DNA from: Octopus vulgaris
Lineage: Eukaryota
Length of the DNA stretch: 64,000 bases
Reading direction: 5' to 3'
NCBI GenBank assembly: GCA_951406725.2
Contig: OX597827.1
Span: forward strand, 28,024,001-28,088,000
Below, one piece after another: positions 56,981 through 64,000 of this stretch. The stretch's first letter is position 1; every line of letters begins with the position of its first letter. The notes under the pieces are model-generated. The model saw only the letters and a program-made list of their open reading frames with translations. It made no database searches and had not been told where the DNA came from. The position numbers were made by a program, and so were the translations under genes.

Positions 56981-57320
56981 ATCTTTAATAATTATTACTT
57001 TTCAGACCAATGGCTCTCTTCCTGTGCTTGCGATGCTTCAGCAACCAATTAAAGTGGAAGCTACCTTGAGTTCTTCATCTCGAAGGACGAGAACTGGTAT
57101 CAGCGTGGGATCAAAGAACTGGCAGAAAAGTGCCTTCAGACGGCGCAACACAATGGCTGTTACTTTGAATGCCAGGCTGCTTCTGTTGTGTCTGAACAAA
57201 TAAAGCAAATAATTTAGATAAAAATTGCAAAACTTTTGACTCACCACAATAAAAACCGGCGTTAGTGAGTCTATGTTCCTGTAACTTAGCAGCTCGGCAA
57301 AAGGAAATCGATAGAGTAAA

Positions 57321-58139
57321 AATCTCAGTCGCAGATTTTTTAATTAATTATTTTTTTAACTAAACAGTATGGCACTTCGGAAACTGGTTGAATGTGTCGC
57401 GTAGAACACGGTATACTCTCAAAAATTTTGACAAAATTTTGTATTTTAGAAGTTATTTCGTGTTGAAGTTGTATTTAGGTAATTTTAACCAATTAATGAC
57501 GTCTATTCGGCTGAAGATAGTTACTGCTGCTTGCGAAAGTAATGGAAGAGCAACAACTTCCGGGTCATCGGGTCATGACAGAGAGAGAGAGAGAGAGAGA
57601 GGGGTGGGAGAAAAGTATAAAAGATAAGAAAGGTGGGTGAGAAAAACAGAAAGTTCTTTTATAGGGAATACATACATGTGTGTGTATGTGTGTGTGTGTG
57701 TGTGTTTGTGTGTGTGTGTGATGGACAACATGAACAAGTGTCGTCAACTTCACAATCCCCTTCCCTCCTTAAAGCTATGCATTCCTCACACCCATCTCCC
57801 TTTCCTTTCCTCAGTGTCCTAAAAGTTGCATGCGTGTGTATGTATTGATGTGTGTGCTGTGCGAAAGTAATGGAAGAGCAACAACTTCCGGGTCATCGGG
57901 TCATGACAGAGAGAGAGAGAGAGAGAGAGGGGTGGGAGAAAAGTATAAAAGTAACTTTCTTTAGCTGAATAGACGTCATTAATTGGTTAAAATTACGCAA
58001 ATGCAACAACTTCAACACGGAATAACTTCTAAGATACAAAGTTTTGTCAAAAACGTTAAGGGTAAACCGTGGTCTACGTGATACATTCAACCAGTATCCC
58101 AAGGTCCAAACTGTTTAGTTAACAAATCTGACTGAGATT
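57321..58139. mobile_element. Long-TIR MITE/foldback element with an internal direct repeat
   Basis: ~195-bp diverged TIRs at 57321-57524 and 57951-58139; internal ~91-bp repeat at 57532 and 57860. Confidence 0.85.
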
Positions 58140-58393
58140 GAAAGGATCCCTAACCGCAATTCGCCCACGGAGCAACATACCTACAGCAAAATGGCTTTTC
58201 TCGGAAATATATCTAATAATACGTCATAATACTTCCAGTAATAATTGGTAATACTCTGACCAAGATATTGATACTCCTAGCAGTATAGCTTAAGAACAAG
58301 TCAACTTTCTGCAAATGATAAAATGAATACGATTAACGCACACACACACACACACATGCACATATATAGTCTCATATATACCCCACACGCACA

Positions 58394-58434
<41 letters not shown>

Positions 58435-58469
58435 GTGTGTGTGAGCGTGTATATATATATATTGTGTGT

Positions 58470-58517
<48 letters not shown>

Positions 58518-59539
58518 CCACACAAACACGCATTCATACTACATCTACACAGATATATATATACATATTTATACATACGTATATATATATATATACACAT
58601 ACAAATATATATAAATATATGCATATATACAAATATACACATATATGTTATATGCATGGTATACACCTGCATAAAAGCATGTGCATACATGCTTATAGAT
58701 ACACATGCATACACAAGACGTACACACTTACTTATAGCCCCAAAATAAAACAAATATAAAATAGCTTCACAAATAAAACAAACAATAAACAACCCCAGCG
58801 AAAGTTGACCCTGTTTGCGTATACAACCTGCAGACAATATCAGCCTGAATGATTCTAGAGTTCAAAATAGGACCACTAACAGTTATCTTTTAAAGGTATG
58901 AAGGCATATTCATTAAAGGCGCTATTATTCACCATACAAAACACTTAATTAAGGGCTTTCAACCTCAGTGATTATGTTATCTATTTTTCAGCTTTAAACT
59001 ACCCCAAAATAGATTCCGATCTTTTGAGCAAAAGAAAGGATAAAAAAATAAATAAGCATAAACGTAAAGAAAAGAAGAAAATTATGGTTTTGTATTGATG
59101 TTAAGGATAATACGTCGTGGCTATGGGAGTAGTTCAGCTCTTTCTTCTATTCAAAAGATTCATTGATGAAAGCGAATCATCGTTCGGCTTTCTATCTTCG
59201 TCTATCGATGACTCAACTTCAGTTCATTATAAGAGCATTATGGTGGACAGACAGAAGACGAGACGAAACGAATACGAAACGAGACGAGACAGACGAGACG
59301 AGACAGTAGGTGCTGTCGTGAAGTATATGTTCTAAAGCGAAAACTGGAATATTAGCCGAGCATCGGCAACGATCGTAGGTCACGATTTAAATTTGTATGG
59401 CAAATGTGAACTCTTTGTAATCGATCCGACAGGGAAGCTTGTATGTGGTAAATCTAAATGCTAGAAATAGTGGCTATGTCTCACTCACGTTTCAGGTTGC
59501 CGTCTTTTAAAAGTGCAGATGATGCATTGGATAATGGAA

Positions 59540-59972
59540 TCTACGAGGCTTTAGAAGACACTTGCCCAAGGTGCCACCCTGTGGGAGTGAACCCGAAACC
59601 ATATGGCTGGAAAGCAAGCTTCTTATTTCTTTATTGCCCACAATGGGCTAAATATAGAGGGGACAAACAAGGACAGACAAAGGGATTAAGTCGACTACAA
59701 CGACCCTAGTGCGTAAATGGTAATTATTTAATCGACCCCGAAACGATGAATGGCTAAGTCGACCTCGGCGGAATTTGAACTCAGAACGTAAAGGCGGACG
59801 AAATTCCACTAAACATTTCGACTGGCGCGCTAACGTTTCTGCCAGCTTGCCGCCTTGGGCAAGTGCCTTCTACGAGGGTTATAGAAGGCATTTGCCCAAG
59901 GTGCCACGCAGTGGGACTGAACCCGAAACCATATGGCTGGAAAGCAAGCTTCTTACCTCCACAGCCACTCCT
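59540..59972 (-). mobile_element. SINE B (59623-59856) between two SINE A heads
   Basis: ctacgagg...ggaaagcaagcttctta is duplicated on both sides of the family B copy. Confidence 0.8.
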
Positions 59973-60400
59973 ACATATATATGTTTGTATTAAGAAAACA
60001 TGATGGTCACGTTTGGAAAGTATTTACTGATAGGTGTACCCGCTGTCGTGGTGAAGGTGGCGCTAAACATCATGATGAGTAATAAATGCTTGTGTTAAAC
60101 AATACTTGTAGACCAAAGGTTTATTACCAAGAAGGGAGAGACGGAGAAAGAGGGGCGAGCAGAGCAAGCACGTGATAATGTGAGAAATATGCAATCGTTT
60201 TGGATTTGTTTTGAAGTTACATGTATTCAGATCCCAAAATTCACAATCTGTAACGTAATGCTTATTGTGGTCAGAGAATTACCAACCCAAACCTATCTAA
60301 CACTTATACATACATACATACGTATGTATGTATATATGTATGTATATATATATACGTATGTATGTATACGTATGTATGTATACGTATGTATGTATATATG

Positions 60401-60457
<57 letters not shown>

Positions 60458-60465
<8 letters not shown>

Positions 60466-60590
60466 CGAGACAAAACCACTATTTTAAAACCAAACAAGGA
60501 AAGACTTAATCAATACATAAAATTTTAATATGTATTGATTAAGTCTTTCCTTGTTTGGTTTTAAAATAGTGGTTTTGTCTCGAATTATAT
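60458..60590. repeat. Palindrome, ~62-bp arms and 9-nt spacer, within (TA)n
   Basis: taattcgagacaaaacc...caatacata / tatgtattg...gtctcgaatta. Confidence 0.92.
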
Positions 60591-60671
60591 TATATAATAT
60601 TTTACTATAAAATTGGATTTAACCCTAAATCTGATTTTTTTCCTGTAATTTTGGATTCATTCCCTAATATT

Positions 60672-60739
<68 letters not shown>

Positions 60740-60827
60740 AATACATGAGTGTATTTTTACCTTGTTAACAATTAACACGGAAAAAATAAATAAATAGTTA
60801 CCAGGGCAGCGTTAACACCATTTTTTA

Positions 60828-60867
<40 letters not shown>

Positions 60868-60910
60868 AATATATATGTATGTATATATGTATATATATAT
60901 ATGTGTGTGC

Positions 60911-61028
<118 letters not shown>

Positions 61029-61035
61029 TCATATA

Positions 61036-61076
<41 letters not shown>

Positions 61077-61168
61077 CATAAAATGGTAGAATGACTAATT
61101 GTCCCTCTTAGCGTTTGGCATGTATGTATAATGCCTTCTGGCATGTATATAATGCCCTCTATATATAA

Positions 61169-61212
<44 letters not shown>

Positions 61213-61213
61213 G

Positions 61214-61296
<83 letters not shown>

Positions 61297-61393
61297 CATA
61301 TATATATATATATGTATATATATGTATGTATATATGTATATATATATGTGTGTGCATGTATATACATATGTGTGCATGTACATATATACATAC

Positions 61394-61449
<56 letters not shown>

Positions 61450-61524
61450 GTATATATATATGTGTGTGCATGTATATATACGTATGTATATATATATATA
61501 TAGATATATATATATATATATAAA

Positions 61525-62030
61525 AGGTTGACTATGCCCCACTTTAAACACCTCCTAGATCGTCTTTCTTTATCCTCACCCAGAACTACCATCCTCCACA
61601 TTGCTGAAATCAATCTCTCGCAATTGATTCTCTTTTTTGGATGAGTTCTACCAGAAGGTTAAATAGTGGGTTATCGGCTCTAATTGTGACCGAATTATTC
61701 CAACTTCATTGTAGGTCATGTTGGCAAAATAGATTTTGCATGATTAATTCTACAACCACGTTCGTATCGTTCTCCGGCGTGCCATTTCAACAGGACGTGT
61801 CTCTCGGTTAACTATTTCTCGTCAGATCGCACTCTACCTTGTGAGACGGCGATTCACACTCTGGTAAACACTAAGATCACAGCATGTTATTCGCTCCCGG
61901 TAAAAAGTGTCTCCCATCGTGGAAATTAGAGCTTTCAGCTGTTTTTACTCTAAAATAACACTTGATTTACATTCTATATCTCAAGGAAACCCCTATATCA
62001 CCACCGTCACCTAGTCGAGCTTGCTACGAT
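61525..62030 (+). pseudogene. Heavily decayed PLE reverse transcriptase remnant
   Basis: With frameshifts: LKHLLDR..SPRTT, FYQKVK*WVIGS, NYSNFIVGHV, later QGNPYITT. These resemble PLE RT motifs (Y.Q..G.AMG...YANLF; RGYP). Confidence 0.5.
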
Positions 62031-62331
62031 ATATTTAATCTGCATACGCCATCCATTACGGTCTATCATTAAAGGACTGATGAATGTGCGCATAGATGGA
62101 CACACACACACACACACACATAAATTGTTGAGCAGGAAGAAGTGTTAATATTAAACAAAACAAAACAAAAAATTATGTATCAATATACAATTACAAAAAT
62201 GTCATTAATTAATAGATAGTAATTACTGTAAGTAAAGCTGGATACTCACAAAAACTCTATTATCTCTCCCTCTCAGTCCTTATCTGCCTTTCGATGAACA
62301 CTCCCAACTATCTATCTATCTATCTATCTAC

Positions 62332-62389
<58 letters not shown>

Positions 62390-62691
62390 GTCTGTCTGTC
62401 TCTGTCTGTCTGTCTGTCTCTGTCTGTCTGTCTGTCTATCTCTTTCTGTCTGACTGTCTCTATCTTTGTCTGTCAGTCTCCCTCTCTCTCTCTCTCTATA
62501 TATATATATCTATATATTATGTTACTTGACCCGTTCTCCATTTGTTTGATAATCTAACTCATTTGTTTTTGTATTTCATGTTGTTTACTGTTGGTGACGT
62601 TCTGTGGCCATATATGCGTATATCCACATATATATATATACACATACATATATACGTACATATACATACATATATATATATATATATATAT

Positions 62692-63804
62692 GTTGAGGCC
62701 CAAATATTCTCTAATTTCACTGGTCCCACTCCTGAACTATATGGTCGTTATATTGACGACATTATCGGTGCCACCTCACTCTCCCGCGAACATCTAGATT
62801 CCTTCCTCTCTTTCGTCCAATCTTTCCATCCAGCCCTCCACTTCACTTCCACTATCTCCAACACCTCTGTCTCCTTCCTCGACATTTCGGTTAGCATTCT
62901 TCACTCCACTCTTACCACCTCCATTCACTACAAACACACAGACTCACACTCATACCTCAACTTCTCTTCCTCCCACCCAGAACACACCAAGCTTTCCATC
63001 CCCTATTCCCAATTCCTCCGTCTACGTAGGCTCTGTAGTGACGACCATGACTTTGAGACTCAGTCTCAACGTATGGCTCACCACTTCACCCTACGTGGAT
63101 ACCCCCTCACCACTATCCACACCGCCCTTGCCAGAGCACGGTCCGTGGACCGTGTATCTGCTCTCTCTCCCCGAACCCGCCCTGTAGTCTCCCGCCTCCA
63201 TTTTCCCCTCACTTACCACCCCACGACCCTACGTCTCCAACGCACCATTCTTCGAGCTTTCGGTCATCTCCAGTCCGACCCGTCCACTTCACACCTCTTC
63301 CCTAACCGACCCCTCCCCTCTTTCAAACGAGCCCACAACCTTCGAGACCTTTTGGTCCATAGCTCCTTCCCTGACCCTACCTCCCAACCCGGCTCGTTCC
63401 CCTGCTCCCGCCCACGTTGCCGAACTTGCCCTTACCTCTCCAACACCACCCGCCTCACTAGCACCCACCATCGACCCTATCCCATCATCCACTCCTTCAC
63501 CTGCACCTCCAGCAATATTATCTATTGCATCTCTTGCTCTCTCTGCAATTCCTTGTACATCGGACAAACGGGACGCCGCTTGGCTGACCGGTTCGCGGAA
63601 CACCTTCGTGACATCCACCTTGCGAACGACACACCGGTCTCACGCCATTTCCGCTCCACCGGTCACTCCTTGCAACACCTATCTGTGTTCGGTTTGTCCT
63701 TACACAGAGGCCATCCGGATTCCCGTTTGCGCCGTGAACAGGAATTAATCTTCTCTCTTCGCTCTTATACGCCATTTGGTCTCAACTCTCCCCCTCCTCA
63801 TCTA
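62692..63804 (+). mobile_element. Neptune-type Penelope-like element, 5'-truncated; open frame with RT C-terminus, Cys linker and GIY-YIG endonuclease
   Basis: Stop-free frame from 62692: RYIDD, SFLD, YLNFSSSHP, IPYSQFLRLRRLCS, RGYP, CSRPRCRTC, NIIYCISCSLC..LYIGQT..RFAEH, REQELI..GLN. 5' end is joined to (TA)n. Confidence 0.93.
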
Positions 63805-64000
63805 ACCCCCCTCTCCCCCTCCTCACCTATCCTTTCTCCCCCCGACCCCTACTTCTTCAGTCCTTCATCCTTTCACCCCTACTCCCCTTCCCTTCTTCCC
63901 TCTTTCTCCCTCCCTCTTCCCCTTCCCTCTGCTCCCTCACTCCCTCTCTCCCCTTCTCTCTCCCCCTCTCCCTCTTTCCTCCTTCATCCCCCTACTCCCC
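63805..64000 (+). repeat. Polypyrimidine low-complexity tract (PLE 3' UTR)
   Basis: C/T-rich run directly after the endonuclease. Confidence 0.7.

Noticed and set aside
59117-59335. 72-aa ORF in unique-looking sequence
   Set aside because: Partly (GAGAC)n low complexity; no recognisable homology
63289-63775. Minus-strand ORFs of 109 and 85 aa
   Set aside because: Antisense shadows of the PLE frame

Overview
AT-rich, microsatellite-dense eukaryotic DNA with no recognisable host protein-coding exon. The SINE families resemble, from recall, those of Octopus/cephalopod genomes (inference). Almost all listed ORFs are translations of (TA)n, (CA)n, (TAA)n or (CATA)n repeats. Real content: (i) dozens of copies of three tRNA-derived SINE families; (ii) R4/Dong-type RLE non-LTR retrotransposons inserted in (TAA)n; (iii) a decayed DD37D (maT) Tc1/mariner transposon and MITEs; (iv) a 5'-truncated Neptune-type Penelope-like element (PLE) whose ~370-codon RT + GIY-YIG frame (62692-63800) is absent from the ORF track. 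The main finding is a set of at least six apparently unrelated short non-coding element families. Each carries a type I hammerhead ribozyme (HHR) fold, mostly with a palindromic or minimal stem III. Most sit in or beside (TA)n/(TAA)n tracts and form tandem and/or fold-back structures. One family has a tRNA-derived Pol III head fused to the HHR unit, which suggests a SINE-like, ribozyme-processed element mobilised by PLE machinery. HHRs in PLE pseudo-LTRs and retrozymes are established; the tRNA-headed form and this local diversity are the candidate novelty. All folds and coordinates were read by eye.
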